Assembly (NCBI GenBank): GCA_010093705.1
Contig: MU006112.1
Span: 248,001-312,000 of the forward strand
Length of the DNA stretch: 64,000 nucleotides
DNA from: Patellaria atrata CBS 101060
Lineage: Eukaryota
Reading direction: 5' to 3'
Numbering within the stretch: the first letter of the stretch is position 1; each line of letters begins with the position of its first letter. Below, piece after piece: positions 39,602-52,106 of the stretch. The position numbers and the translations under genes are program-made. The notes under the pieces are model-generated. The model did not search any database, was not told the DNA's origin, and saw only the letters and a list, made by a program, of their open reading frames with translations.

Positions 39602-39884
39602 GCTGTTCATGTCCAAAGTCATGAGTGATGTTGTATGTTGACGGCATTTTAATGTACAGTAGGAAAAAGGATTCTCAATGGGGTCATGGTGGGACTCATG
39701 GGGTACCCGCAGGTCGGCTCACATCTTGCATATACCATTTATCGTTCTGTCAAAACTGAATCAGTAATCTGCATATCAAGTTCTTCAAGATAATGTACAA
39801 TTGAGAAATATCCCAAGCGGCCTTGAGACTTACTAAGGGTCAATTTAGATAAGGGGAGCTTATCGTAATCCCGCACGGACCATG

Positions 39885-39898
39885 ACGCGCGAACGCGT
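39885..39898. promoter_or_regulatory. Paired MCB elements upstream of MSH2
   Basis: ACGCGCGAACGCGT about 80 bp upstream of the ATG. Confidence 0.65.
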
Positions 39899-39973
39899 CT
39901 CCAAAAGTTCACTTCAAAAACTCTACCAGGAGATTGAACGATTCTTGCAACATCTCACTACAACTCTCCAACG

Positions 39974-42833
39974 ATGGCTTCTCGACCGGAACTCAAGGTT
40001 GATGATGAAGTTAGCTTCATCAAATTCTTCAGGAATCTTCCCCAAAAGACTGATGATACTGTTCGAATTTTCTTCCGTGGCGACTACTATACTGCACATG
40101 GCGAAGATGCCACTCTCATTGCGAGAACTGTAAGAATTGCTAAGATAATCATAATACCATAGATACTAACATCATTAGGTCTATAGGAGTACTTCCGTCC
40201 TCCGTCAATTGGGCCGCAATCCTACCCTTGAATCCGTTACCATGACCATAACCGTCTTCCGAAACTTCCTCCGGGAAGCCCTCTTCAGGCTAGGAAAGAG
40301 GGTAGAGATATGGGAGTCTTCAGGGCGTATGAACTGGAAGGTTACAAAGCAAGCATCTCCTGGAAACCTACAAGATATTGAAGACGAGCTCGGAGGTCAA
40401 CTGGAGTCAGCCCCTATCATCCTTGCGGTCAAAGTAACAGCTAGAGCATCTGAGGCACGGAATGTGGGTGTCTGCTTTGCGGACGCCAGTGTAAGAGAGC
40501 TTGGAGTGAGCGAGTTCTTAGATAACGACTTGTACTCCAACTTCGAGTCTCTCATTATCCAATTAGGCGTTAAAGAGTGTTTGATTCAAACCGAAGGAAA
40601 TAAAAAGGATGTTGAACTCAGTAAACTTAGGACTATTGCAGATAACTGTGGCTGTGCGGTTTCTCAAAGACAAATGGCGGATTTTGGCACCCGTGATATT
40701 GAGCAGGACCTCAGTCGGCTTCTCAGAGATGAACGAGCCGCAGGGACCTTACCACAAACGGATTTGAAGCTAGCTATGGGTTCAGCTGCTGCTCTGATTA
40801 AGTATTTGGGTGTTATGTCAGATCCTTCTAATTTTGGTCAGTATCAGCTATATCAACATGATCTGTCACAGTACATGAAGCTCGACGCAGCAGCACTGAA
40901 GGCTCTAAACATGATGCCTGGACCAAGAGACGGGTCGAAAAATATGAGCCTTTACGGATTGCTGAATCATTGCAAGACCCCAGTGGGGAGTAGATTGCTC
41001 GCGCAGTGGCTAAAGCAGCCGCTAATGGACGTTAATGAAATTCAAAAAAGGCAACAACTCGTTGAGGCGTTTGTTACCGACACGGAGCTGAGACAGACAA
41101 TGCAGGAGGAACATCTAAGATCGATTCCTGATCTATATAGACTAGCAAAAAAGTTTCAACGGAAAGTAGCGAACCTAGAAGACGTCGTTAGAGCTTATCA
41201 AGTTTCGATACGGTTGCCGGGCTTTCTAGGAACATTGGGAGCAGTCATGGATGAGCAGTACAAAGATCCTCTTGATGAAGTATATACTTCGAAACTCAGG
41301 GAATACTCGGACGCGCTTGAAAAACTCCAAGAAATGGTGGAGACAACCGTCGATCTTGATGCACTGGAAAACCACGAGTTCATAATCAAACCCGAGTTTG
41401 ATGAGAGTCTGCGAAGTATACGAAAACGCCTCGATAAGCTCAAGCGCGAGATGGAATCTGAGCATAGAAAAGTGGGGGATGATCTTAATCAAGATATAGA
41501 CAAGAAGTTATTCCTCGAGAATCACAAGGTACACGGTTGGTGTTTCCGGTTAACACGAAATGAAGCATCTTGTATACGGAATAAGAAGCAATATCAAGAA
41601 TGCTCAACACAGAAGAATGGGGTCTTTTTCACAACGTCGACACTTCAATCACTCCGTCGTGAGTTCGATCAGCTTTCCGAGACCTACAACCGCACCCAAT
41701 CTGGCCTCGTCAACGAAGTTGTCCAAGTAGCTGCTTCATATATACCAGTCATTGAGTCCCTTGCTGCCGTTCTCGCACACTTAGACGTCATTGTCTCATT
41801 TGCCCATGTATCTGTACATGCACCGACCGCATATGTCCGTCCGACGATGCACCCGAGAGGCGAAGGGCAAACTATTCTAAAAGAAGCTCGACACCCGTGT
41901 ATGGAGATGCAGGACGACATCAATTTCATCACCAACGATGTCACCCTCACACGCGACGACAGCTCCTTCCTCATCATCACCGGGCCCAACATGGGCGGTA
42001 AGAGCACGTACATCAGACAAATAGGCGTCATAGCTCTCCTGGCCCAAATCGGTTGCTTTGTCCCATGCTCAGAGGCCGAACTCACCATCTTCGACTCCAT
42101 CCTCGCCCGTGTGGGCGCCTCAGACAGCCAGCTCAAGGGCGTCTCGACATTCATGGCCGAAATGCTAGAAACGGCGACGATCCTTAAGACGGCGACGAAA
42201 GAGTCTCTCATCATCATCGACGAACTCGGCCGCGGCACGAGCACCTACGATGGCTTCGGCCTCGCGTGGGCTATCTCCGAATACATCGTTAGGGAGATCG
42301 GTGCCTTTGCCATGTTCGCAACCCATTTTCATGAATTGACCCGCTTGTCTGAGACCTGGCCGCAGGTCAAAAACCTTCATGTCGTCGCGCATATCGAGAG
42401 CTCTTCCGCCCAGTCCGCCGCAGAGGGCCGCGATAAGAGAGACGTCACCCTCCTGTATAAAGTCGAGCCTGGTATCTGCGATCAAAGCTTCGGCATCCAT
42501 GTCGCGGAGCTCGTGCGGTTCCCGCCCAAGGTCGTCAATATGGCGAAGCGGAAGGCGGACGAGCTAGAGGATTTCACGTCGGCTGCGGCGGCGAACACGA
42601 ATAGTGCGAGCGCGGACAGTGGTGCGATGGATATTGCTAAGGTGGAAGGTATCGCGAAGGAGGAGGTCGAGGAGGGGAGTAGACTGTTGAAGGAGGTGCT
42701 GAAGAGGTGGAAGGAGGATGTTGAGAGGGAGGGACTGGGGAAGGAGGAGCAGGTGGCTAGGATGAAGGAGCTCATTATGGGGAATGAGGAGTTGTTACAG
42801 AATCCGTTTTTCAAGCAGGTGCAGGCGTTGTAA
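39974..42833 (+). CDS. MSH2: DNA mismatch repair protein Msh2, 1 intron
   Basis: RGDYYTAHGEDA, ASPGNLQ, ITGPNMGGKSTYIRQ, GVSTFMAEMLET, IIDELGRGTSTYDG, ATHFHEL, SFGIHVA. Confidence 0.97.
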
Positions 42834-42995
42834 GATTGTACTGTACAGCTACTGTAGCTTTGGCGTTGATGTTGTGGTAACCTTAAGGTATGTTTTCTGT
42901 TCTATAGGTTGGGCGGCGTGTACCATTATATTAGTATATTCAAAAGCGTAGCATAGGGTATAGTAAGCGGAACGGTAGAAATACACAATATCTGA

Positions 42996-45900
42996 CTATG
43001 TCTTCTTCATCATTCCATCGGCATTTCCCTTGAGATCGCCTACCCCTTTCTCCTCCCCCCATCCTACAAGCACAGCATCCTTATGCCGTCTCCTAACCAA
43101 CACCCACTCCCTCCCCAACCACGCCACGCCCAGCATTGCCCCCGGTCCAGCCAGCAGACCCACAACCACCGCCCGGACGACCAAAGTGCCCCATCCCGCC
43201 TGCACCATCCCCGCCCTCCGCAAATCGTAAAAGAGATACACAATCCACAGCGCAGCGGCAGCGAAAAGGAAAATATAATCCCACTGCACCGTCGCCGTGC
43301 AGTTCTCTGCCCAGGAATGGGTTTCCGGCTCCCGCCAATACGGCACGAAGATCTGCGCCATGCTGAAGGGGGCGAGGAAAAGCGTTGAGAGCCACGTGAG
43401 CGCGGAGGAAACGACGCATGCGCCGACGGTGACGAAGAGCCAGGGTACGTCTCTCCTCGGCGCTGTTTTGCGGTCCTGGCCTACCGTGTCTGGAGACAGT
43501 CCTGAGCGAGCGATGGCGATTTGTAACACGGGGACGAAGAGGGGGAAGAGCTGCCACCAGGCGCTGGAGGTGAGACGGGATGAGAAGGATGGGTGAAAGT
43601 GGGAGAGGTAGTGCGGGGTGAAGAAGCAGAGGAGGGTGGGGAGGATGGAGCGCGTGTATTTGAGGTTCGTGAGACGCTGGTCTGAGGCTATGTAGTTAGC
43701 GGGTTGGGACGTGAGGTAGTGGGTGTAAAAGTAAATGGGGCCGAGTTTGCCGATTCCAAGGAGTTGGCCGGGCAACGCGATTAAGATGGGACTGGAGAGG
43801 AATCAGTTGGGGTATCTGCAGAGGGATTATGAGAGGAAAGGAGGGAACTTACAATTGGACCAAAGTGAGTACATTTGCGCGACGAACTGATTCAGTGAGC
43901 ATGATGGCATAAACGACACCAAAGTCGGCGATGAAGACGAGCATCTGCCACCAGCCTTTTGGGTCTATTTCGCAGATCCACACTCCGAAGAAGACAACGA
44001 TGGGGCGCCATATATCGTCGAGCCACTTCCATCCGAACAAGGAATCGGGTATTTGGATTGTTTTGCCATTTTCCGAGATGAAGCCCGTTTGGATCTGCTC
44101 GTTGACTGTGGGAAACCCCACTGCTGCTGCTTGGTTCATACGGTCTGTACAAAGTACGGCAAGAGCGAGGAGTGGAAGTGCGAACAATGCTCTTCTCCAG
44201 ATGCTTTCCTTATTCCCAATTCCTTGGCTCTCGTTGTAAGGTACAGTGCATGACAATGATCTTGCTGGCGGAGGGAGATAGTCTAGTTTCCCAGCGTTGA
44301 CAAAGCTGTCTGTCTGCATATCTAGTACCAAATCTGCGGCTATAGGAATGAAATACTTGATTGTGATTCTTTCTGCAGTACCTGATAATGCTTGTAGGCG
44401 GGCAACTGAATGAGCATACTTAGCTTGAGCTTCCGTTCTCGTGGACACTGCCCTCTGATAGCCTTGTAGTGTGTTCGTGATATCAGATGATGAGGGGTTG
44501 AATGTTCTATCCTGCAGACGTTTGAGAGCGTTTGCCAATGCAGCCACTGACTCGATGGCCTGATGACCCCCCACACCTGCATTTGGAGTGAACTTCAAAA
44601 CATCAGCATTGGTATTCTTGCAGGTGTTTCTTTTTGAGACTGAGCAATGGGAGTGGTGCGAGCCATGAAATTAAACTCCATCACTCACCTTATGGGCGCT
44701 GTCTCCAGCACACACAAATCGACCCCAAGTCCATCTCTCAAAGTTGGCTTCTTCAGTTGCTGTAAGGGTGTAGAACTGTCGATTCCTCCACACATCTGAA
44801 AAGGTTACACTTCTATTCGGGAATAGTCCTAAGTTACCATGCTTTTCCGCAAAAGCTTTGGCGTCTGATTTTGTGAATCGGGGGATCTCGTCTACGCTGT
44901 AGACCCTGTCCATTTGCTCAAACAGAAAGAAATACGTCTTTCCCTTGCCGGCAATAAACATTAACGATTTTCCCTGTGCATAAACGACATCATACATCCC
45001 TTCCTCGACTTGCTTAACTGGAGTAGAAAAGCCGAAGAGACACTTGAACTCGGTGGTTAAGGCAACCCTGTCCTTCAAAGGGATTGCTCCTGGCTCTTGT
45101 TCATCTGCCATTCGCCACATCTCTTCTCGAATTTTGCTGCGCACACCATCAGCGCCAACGACAATGGATCCGTGGTATGAGGTCCCGTCGGTACAGTAGA
45201 CGGTTATCCCGTCGAGAAGGTGGTCAACATGGGTTACTTTCTTATTGCAATAAATTCGATTTCTTTCGCGAACGTGCTTGTGAAGTGCTTGGAGCACGAG
45301 CTGTCTGTCCAGGAATGCACCTTCATACCTATCGTTGTAAGTATTTTGTAGGAAAGAGAGTGTGGAAGTACTATATCCCTACCCATGCCTAGATTCAGAA
45401 TCGTGTCAGCACAAATAAGTCAGCGGTCTTTAGGCTATGAAATTGAAATACAGAGACTACAGAAGTTAATGCTAATTGAGGTCATACAGAACCCATCATT
45501 CACACCTAAACGGCGCGGAGCTGAGTACACGAACAAGCATGTAAACTAAATAACGATGACATAGAAACCGCAAAATAGACTTCAGCTCTTTTCTGACGTA
45601 CCTGATACCTAACATTGAAGGAGTATCATTCCTAGGGTGAATGACATCTCCTCTTTCATTATGACCAGCATGATTGGTAAGTGGAGCTACATGGGCCAAT
45701 ATATCATCATAGCAACCGAGTTGATCAAGGATCCGGCTTCCATTCGGTGCCATCCCAATTGAAGCACCGAGTTGGGGAGCAATTTCGGATCGCCCCTCCA
45801 ACAGGATGTAATCGATAGACGCATGCTGAAGTGCATTTGCGAGAGCTTTAACGGTTGTGTGTTAGCAATTACGATAGACAAAAAATGAACCAAAGCACAC

Positions 45901-46236
45901 ATATCCCCTCTTCGTGACATTCCGCGCCTACTGTACGCTTGTTCTCAGTGTGATTTCAACTCCCTGTATGGACACGTTGAAAACGTGTGGTAGACGCCCA
46001 ACCGGATGTATGACCTGACCATACAGTTGACGCGTTTTAGCTGAGAATGGAGGTAGCAACCTGCAAGTACTTATTTTACAAGAGTACAAAGACTGATGAA
46101 TGCCAACCGTCATGGGGCAGGTGATAGAGAACAGTTGTGGGAGATGAAAAGAGGACGTGGAGTACATACTCAGACCTGCAATGCCACCGCCACAAATAAT
46201 GATACGAAAAACAGAAGAATTCGCAGACTGCTCCAT
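42996..46236 (-). CDS. FAD-dependent monooxygenase fused to a C-terminal multi-pass membrane domain, 5 introns
   Basis: [48 protein letters not shown]; hydrophobic C-terminal ~380 aa containing QWDY and GPGA..W..RE. Confidence 0.88.
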
Positions 46237-47591
46237 GTTGTTGTTATTGAGAGGAGCAGAGAAAGAGCGGAGAACGGAAAGATATAGATGTTGAATAAAC
46301 TTGCGCAGCGGTGTGGATTAAATACTATATACGTCCCACAGTAAAACGGGTTGAATACTGTATCTCTACAGGTTCATGGCAGGCTACTAATGTAGAGAAG
46401 ACAATCCTCATATTTGTCACCCATGACGCCTCCTCCAGTGTACGAAGTAGGATTCGGCTTGACTGCATTAGTGATGTTCAAGAAATCGAGGGCCACGGCA
46501 GTAAATATGAGGCCAACTAAATATGCAACAGAATGCGGGTTAGCTCATGACAAACCTTCACACAGAAAGCCATCTCATATCAGCTGCGTTGACTAACCTC
46601 CAAAGAATTAGTCTTGATTTTGCTGGAAAGTTACCAGGAGAACTGGACCTGCGGTAGATCCGATAGGGTGAGTGACCTGCTCCCAAGCCGGGGCTCTACT
46701 TGCACAATGTACGCAAGCATAAAAGAAGCCACTGACTTGACTGTACGAACAATGGATATCTCATACTAGGTTCAATTTGATACCCTCTCTGGAATGCGTA
46801 CAGCGACTGTACAGCCCCTGGGGAGCGCCAATCTTTGCATAGCAGGGACATAGAAATATCATGAGAATTGCAAACAACCTGTTCAAAAAGACGAGACTTC
46901 GGATAGAATTGACGTCGAAAAACTCTTAGAGCGATCAACCTGTACATTATGCTTAGAAATAGCTGAGCCCACAGATTGACCTCAGCTGACACGGGAAGAA
47001 GCGCAATATGCAGGAGACACGCGGCAGAAGTATGCTGTGAGTTATGTATACTAGGACTAAGATGGTGAGAGTATGCGGGAAGAAACGTGGAAAGTAGGTG
47101 TGAACTGTGCTGTCATTGCCCAGGAATTGCCTCTCACGTAGTTCTTAGGTCCTTGAGGGATGGGCGATCTCCACGTGTAGAACTATTTAGCGTGCCTTTG
47201 ATGCTCTTGGTGTTCAAACCAAAGTTCACCGATGGAACAATACGTCTGCTATCTGCGCACGGGATAGGAGACAAGACGAAGCCCTACGCATATCTGTTTA
47301 AAAAAAGTTAGAAAATGCCGAGCGCTGAAAATTAGCACGGCGACAATGTGCCGAAGGGACTAGGTCAAATATTGATTAGTGCTCCTATCTTGTACAAACG
47401 CACAATTTAACATCACAACATCTCTTCTCTCCTTGTAACTCTGTATCGTACAGTTGCTATTAGAATGGACACGCAACTAAGCTGTACAAACACGCTAAAA
47501 CCGCGCTGTACGGGAATTTGACGGGATCATCAAAATTTCTAACAATAAGATTACATACAAAATAATAAATTCTATTGTACGCCTTTTCATA

Positions 47592-48902
47592 TTACATCAT
47601 AGTAGTACCATGCTCGTGAAGCATGCTGTCTGCAGCTGCTACGGTCTTCTTGAACTGTACTAGCTGCTCAATTAGCTGTACCCCCCTTTCCACCCCACGA
47701 TTTCCCTTGTTCATTTCAACAGCAATCGCCATTGCTGCGTTCTTGTACTTGTCCTCCTTCAGTACCTTCTGTACGGCGCGGCGGATGGACGATGCTCCTG
47801 GGGTGGCCGAAGCCATGCTTATTCCGGCCCTGTGAGCGCTCACCCGGGCACCAATATCATCCCGCTCGCCTCTCTCTGCGCAGACGACGAGCGGTACGCC
47901 ATAGGTTAGCGCACTCGTGACGGTACCGAATCCGCCACGAGTGACGACTACCTGTAAGTGTGGCATGAGCACTCTATACGGGATGATCTTCTCCACGTAG
48001 ACATTTGGAGGCAGTATAGACTTGTCCGGGAACGCTCCATCCACGGCCGGGCAGGTTATAATAAAATTTACTCCTTCCAGCTCGGAAAGGGCCCGGATAT
48101 CCCTGATCAAGTTGGCGCGTACCGGGATTGTACCGTGACTGATGTGAACAACGATACTGCCGGGGAGTATAGAACTCCACCAGTCGGGGATTTCGTACCC
48201 CTGGGACGTCGTTGGCGGCGTTGCGCCAATGAAGTGTATATTCGAGTATGTCCTAGGTAAAGGGAACTCGAATGTTGAGGCCGACATGTGGAGGTGTAAA
48301 AAGGGACTGCGGTACAGACAATCTATGATATTTTTGAACTCGACCGGCTTCAAACGAAATCGGTGTCGTTGCTCATTGATAATCGCAGCAACGGGCTTGT
48401 ACACACTGAAATCTTGCCCAAGCATTTGATGGTATGCTTGACTAACCGAGGAATTGGGGTGTTTTGGCGGTAAACGGCCCGATCCAGGTACAGGATGCGA
48501 TTTCTCCATTACATATATGGGCCCTACTCCTACAGTTATATAAGGCAGGCCACCTAAATCGTAGATTGCCTGTGCTCCGAGTGCATAATCGCTGATTATC
48601 ACAGCGTCCGCCTTGAATGTTGCCAATACCCGTCGATAATCGTCTATCTGAGCTGCAACACGGCCTTTCAAAATATCAAACTCCTCCTCCCTTGTTCCCG
48701 AAGTTTTATGCCTTGCTACCCGGTTGTACTCTGCAAGGCGTGCGGTGAGTATGATTTGAGCTCCGCTTGCTTGTACATATTCCTTAAATTCCTCGTCCAT
48801 AAGCCAGACCACCTCGTGCTTGTTTTCAATAAGTCTTCTGACAATATATTGTAATGGGCGGATGTTGCCAACAAGTGGTAGAGAGGAGACAAGAAATTTC
48901 AT
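47592..48902 (-). CDS. Family 1 UDP-glycosyltransferase-like protein (intronless)
   Basis: GT-B layout: FLVSSLPLVGNIRP, VVHISHGTI, PPNVYVEKIIPY..LMP...VVTRGGFGTV..AL.YGVPLV. Confidence 0.8.
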   Translation of the reverse strand: MKFLVSSLPLVGNIRPLQYIVRRLIENKHEVVWLMDEEFKEYVQASGAQIILTARLAEYNRVARHKTSGTREEEFDILKGRVAAQIDDYRRVLATFKADAVIISDYALGAQAIYDLGGLPYITVGVGPIYVMEKSHPVPGSGRLPPKHPNSSVSQAYHQMLGQDFSVYKPVAAIINEQRHRFRLKPVEFKNIIDCLYRSPFLHLHMSASTFEFPLPRTYSNIHFIGATPPTTSQGYEIPDWWSSILPGSIVVHISHGTIPVRANLIRDIRALSELEGVNFIITCPAVDGAFPDKSILPPNVYVEKIIPYRVLMPHLQVVVTRGGFGTVTSALTYGVPLVVCAERGERDDIGARVSAHRAGISMASATPGASSIRRAVQKVLKEDKYKNAAMAIAVEMNKGNRGVERGVQLIEQLVQFKKTVAAADSMLHEHGTTMM

Positions 48903-50288
48903 GTTGCGCGATGATCTTGTCCTAGGCTGTGAGAGGAACCGTGTGAGCAAAATCGTTCGAGAAATGAAGGGGGAGCCGCTTGAGCGGAGAGGGACTGGGT
49001 AGAACTGGCAGGAAGACATTGTATCCAAAGAGCGCGTCGTTTGATGTATGTGAATGTGATTTGTTATATGTCGTGTAGACTCTGCACTCCGTCACTGTAC
49101 GATTAAGTCCTTCGTGAAGAGTCTTGACTTCTTTTTATATCCTCCGGGAAATAGTCCAGATTTCTCGGGCGACAAGGCGTCTATGTATAGGTTCGGTTAC
49201 GACGTTGGTTAACACATATCTTACCAAGTACCGTACGACGAACATTTTCAACCTTGATAACATGTCCGGGACTCGATAAGTTCATCAACGTAACCATTAG
49301 ATACGGGGATGCTAACGTGGATAGTGGTACCTTCCTCGTATATGATAGAAATTGGATCATGTTTGACTTATGAGAGAGACCCAGGAGGATGATCGTACTG
49401 ACCATTACCTGAACTTTCAATTAATAGATGAGATGGTATGTGTATAATACACATGCAAGGACTCTTGTGACTATGTAGATGCGAAGAAAATAGAAGACAG
49501 GAAGATACTTCTCACTTCGATTACCATTAAGCCCGCGCGCTATCAAGGTTAATGTAAGGGTACTGTACAAGTACAGTGTGAAGAGCTAGATGAAAGAAAT
49601 GGCTTTACCTCTGGGCAATTGATATACTTCCCACCCAAAGCGTGGAACAGGCAAATATCTCAATTGACGCGAGAACCTGGTGACTTTTACATGTATCCGA
49701 TGATCTGACTGAGTGATATTCGAGATACGATAATGGCTGATAGCTATGTAACTATTGCTACACGGTCGGAAGCCTGGGTCTTCTAGTTGAAGGATACCTT
49801 ATGTAAGAATGTTCTGAAAGTGACGGTCTGCTGCTGAATAAACGCGCCGAGAGAATCCATTTGTTGTAGCTCTACACAGACGGACTATTGTTGAGAATTC
49901 TTCTTGTTAAGTGAGTTACAGTGTTAGTTTGAATTCGAATGTTTGATGTAAAAGTTGATCAAGTTCAGTAAGATGGCTGTACAGAGCTTGATGTTGTTAT
50001 TGTTTTGTTTCCCCTTGAATTTTAAACTAGTTAAGGAAGTTGTTGAAAGGCAACGTCCGATGGATGGGGAAAGTTCGGTAAATGTAACGGGAACAACTAG
50101 CTTAGTCATGAGGGCGTTCGGATTTTGACTGCTCTCAACCTACAAAGGACCGCGCAACCTCCACTTTCTCTCTTTCTCCATCATTCTCTGCTTCACACCA
50201 CGCACCCTCTCATAACACCCACACTTATCACGAACTGATTCCTGATAGATCATATACAGTTTAGCAACTGACAAACTTGAGCACCGTT

Positions 50289-52106
50289 ATGTCTTCCTCT
50301 GTTTTTTTCAAGTTTAAGTCGTCGAAAGACCCGCAGCGTATTACGTTTGACGGCACTGGTATTTCTGTCTTTGAGCTGAAGAAAGAGATTATTGCTGCTA
50401 GTGGACTTGGAGATGGCACAGATTTTGATCTTTCTATTTACGATCCAGATACAAATGAAGAATATGATGATGATACCACAATAATTAGTCGTTCCTCACT
50501 TGTTGTCGCACGTCGATTGCCCGCATCAAAACCTGGTTTTGGCAAAGCAGCTCGTTATGTCTCAGGAAAAGCGCCTGTAAATGCTAAAAACAACTACCGA
50601 ACCGAAATCACAGCCTCCAAACCTGCCACCGCTGGCAAACCGATCGGAAATGGCGCCGATGCGACCGTCCCCCAGACGGAAGAAGAAAGAATAGCAGCCA
50701 TGTTTCGGGCTGATGCGGAGCAATGGGAACAGCAAAAGCAACAGATGGCAACAGCAAAGAAGCAAGGGCGGCCTGGCATGGGCTTCCAGCGAAAACCAGT
50801 CAATGTTCCAGACCATGAACCCCCCCCTGGCTACGTTTGTTATCGTTGTCAAGAGAAGGGACACTGGATTCAGGAATGCCCGAAGAACGACGACCCGAAC
50901 TACGACGGAAAGCCACGCATCAAGCGTACAACTGGCATTCCCCGCTCGTTTCTGAAGACTGTTGATAAGGCGACGGTGTTGGCAGCTCAGGAAGGTGTTG
51001 GTGAGGATGGACGACAGCCACAAGGCATCATGATGAACGCAGACGGCGAGTTTGTCATTGCGGAGCCGGATAAAGCGTCATGGGATCAGTATCAAGCAAA
51101 AGTCAAGGCATCAGCAGCGAAACAGGAAGAAGCCGCTCTCGGGAGCAAAGAGCTTCAGGAACGTGGTCTAGTATGCTCTATCGACAACAACTTGTTTGTA
51201 GATCCAATGAAGACACCATGTTGTGGAAAGACATTCTGTAACGTGTGTATTGAGGATGCTTTAGTCAATAGCGATTTTGTTTGCCCGAACTGCTCTGCAG
51301 AAGGTGTGCTTATTGACAACTTGGTTCCAGACGAAGAAATGGTCACCAAGATCAAGTCATACGAGAGTGAGAAGCTAGCCGAGAAAAAGGCAAAGGAACA
51401 ACCGACCAAGTCACCGTCACCGCCCAAAAATTCACCAAAGCAAGAGTCAAAGCAACTATCCAAGAGTCCCCAACCCGAAGGTACGAAGAAACGACCTGCA
51501 CAGGAGGAGTTGAAGAACGACAAAATACCCACAGCGCCTGCCGCCATGCGACGACAACAGGAGCAACAACTTGCTCAGCAGAAAGTTCAACAGCATGGAA
51601 ACGGTATGGACAGCTTCGTACAGGATATGAACGCCTTAGCATATCAGCAGTGGCCCAATCCGGGTATGCCAAATGGTATGTCAAATGGTGGTATGCCAAT
51701 GTTTCCGATGGGAATGCCCCTGATGCCAGGCATGCCAATGGGGTTTCCAGTGGGCAACACGGGGAATATGTCGAATATGCAGGCGCCCAACATGCAAATG
51801 GGAAACATGGCAGGCATGAATATGGGTGGAATGGGTGGCATGGGCGGAATGGGAGGCATGACGCCGTTTGGAGGTATGGTTGGTATGGGTGGTATGGGTG
51901 GTATGGGGAACATGGGGAACATGGGGAACATGGGCAATATGCCAAGCATGCTAAACATGTACGCTCAAGGTCATCAACAGCAGAACAATAATCGAATGTG
52001 GAATCAACAACCTAACGGCGGAGATGACGATGCGTACTTCCGCAGAGGAGCTAGACAAAATAATAAGCAACGAAAGGCCAGACCCGCGGATTACACTGAA
52101 CTCTGA
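50289..52106 (+). CDS. MPE1: Mpe1/RBBP6-like cleavage and polyadenylation factor (DWNN, zinc knuckle, RING)
   Basis: MSSSVFFKFKS, FDGTGISVFELK, CYRCQEKGHWIQECP, IKRTTGIPRSFL, TPCCGKTFC; Met/Gly-rich low-complexity tail. Confidence 0.93.
   Translation: MSSSVFFKFKSSKDPQRITFDGTGISVFELKKEIIAASGLGDGTDFDLSIYDPDTNEEYDDDTTIISRSSLVVARRLPASKPGFGKAARYVSGKAPVNAKNNYRTEITASKPATAGKPIGNGADATVPQTEEERIAAMFRADAEQWEQQKQQMATAKKQGRPGMGFQRKPVNVPDHEPPPGYVCYRCQEKGHWIQECPKNDDPNYDGKPRIKRTTGIPRSFLKTVDKATVLAAQEGVGEDGRQPQGIMMNADGEFVIAEPDKASWDQYQAKVKASAAKQEEAALGSKELQERGLVCSIDNNLFVDPMKTPCCGKTFCNVCIEDALVNSDFVCPNCSAEGVLIDNLVPDEEMVTKIKSYESEKLAEKKAKEQPTKSPSPPKNSPKQESKQLSKSPQPEGTKKRPAQEELKNDKIPTAPAAMRRQQEQQLAQQKVQQHGNGMDSFVQDMNALAYQQWPNPGMPNGMSNGGMPMFPMGMPLMPGMPMGFPVGNTGNMSNMQAPNMQMGNMAGMNMGGMGGMGGMGGMTPFGGMVGMGGMGGMGNMGNMGNMGNMPSMLNMYAQGHQQQNNNRMWNQQPNGGDDDAYFRRGARQNNKQRKARPADYTEL

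Noticed and set aside
49561..49577. Recurrent ACTGTAC/GTACAGT palindromic motifs in intergenic DNA (also ~968 and ~42838)
   Set aside because: Too short to separate from background without genome-wide counts.
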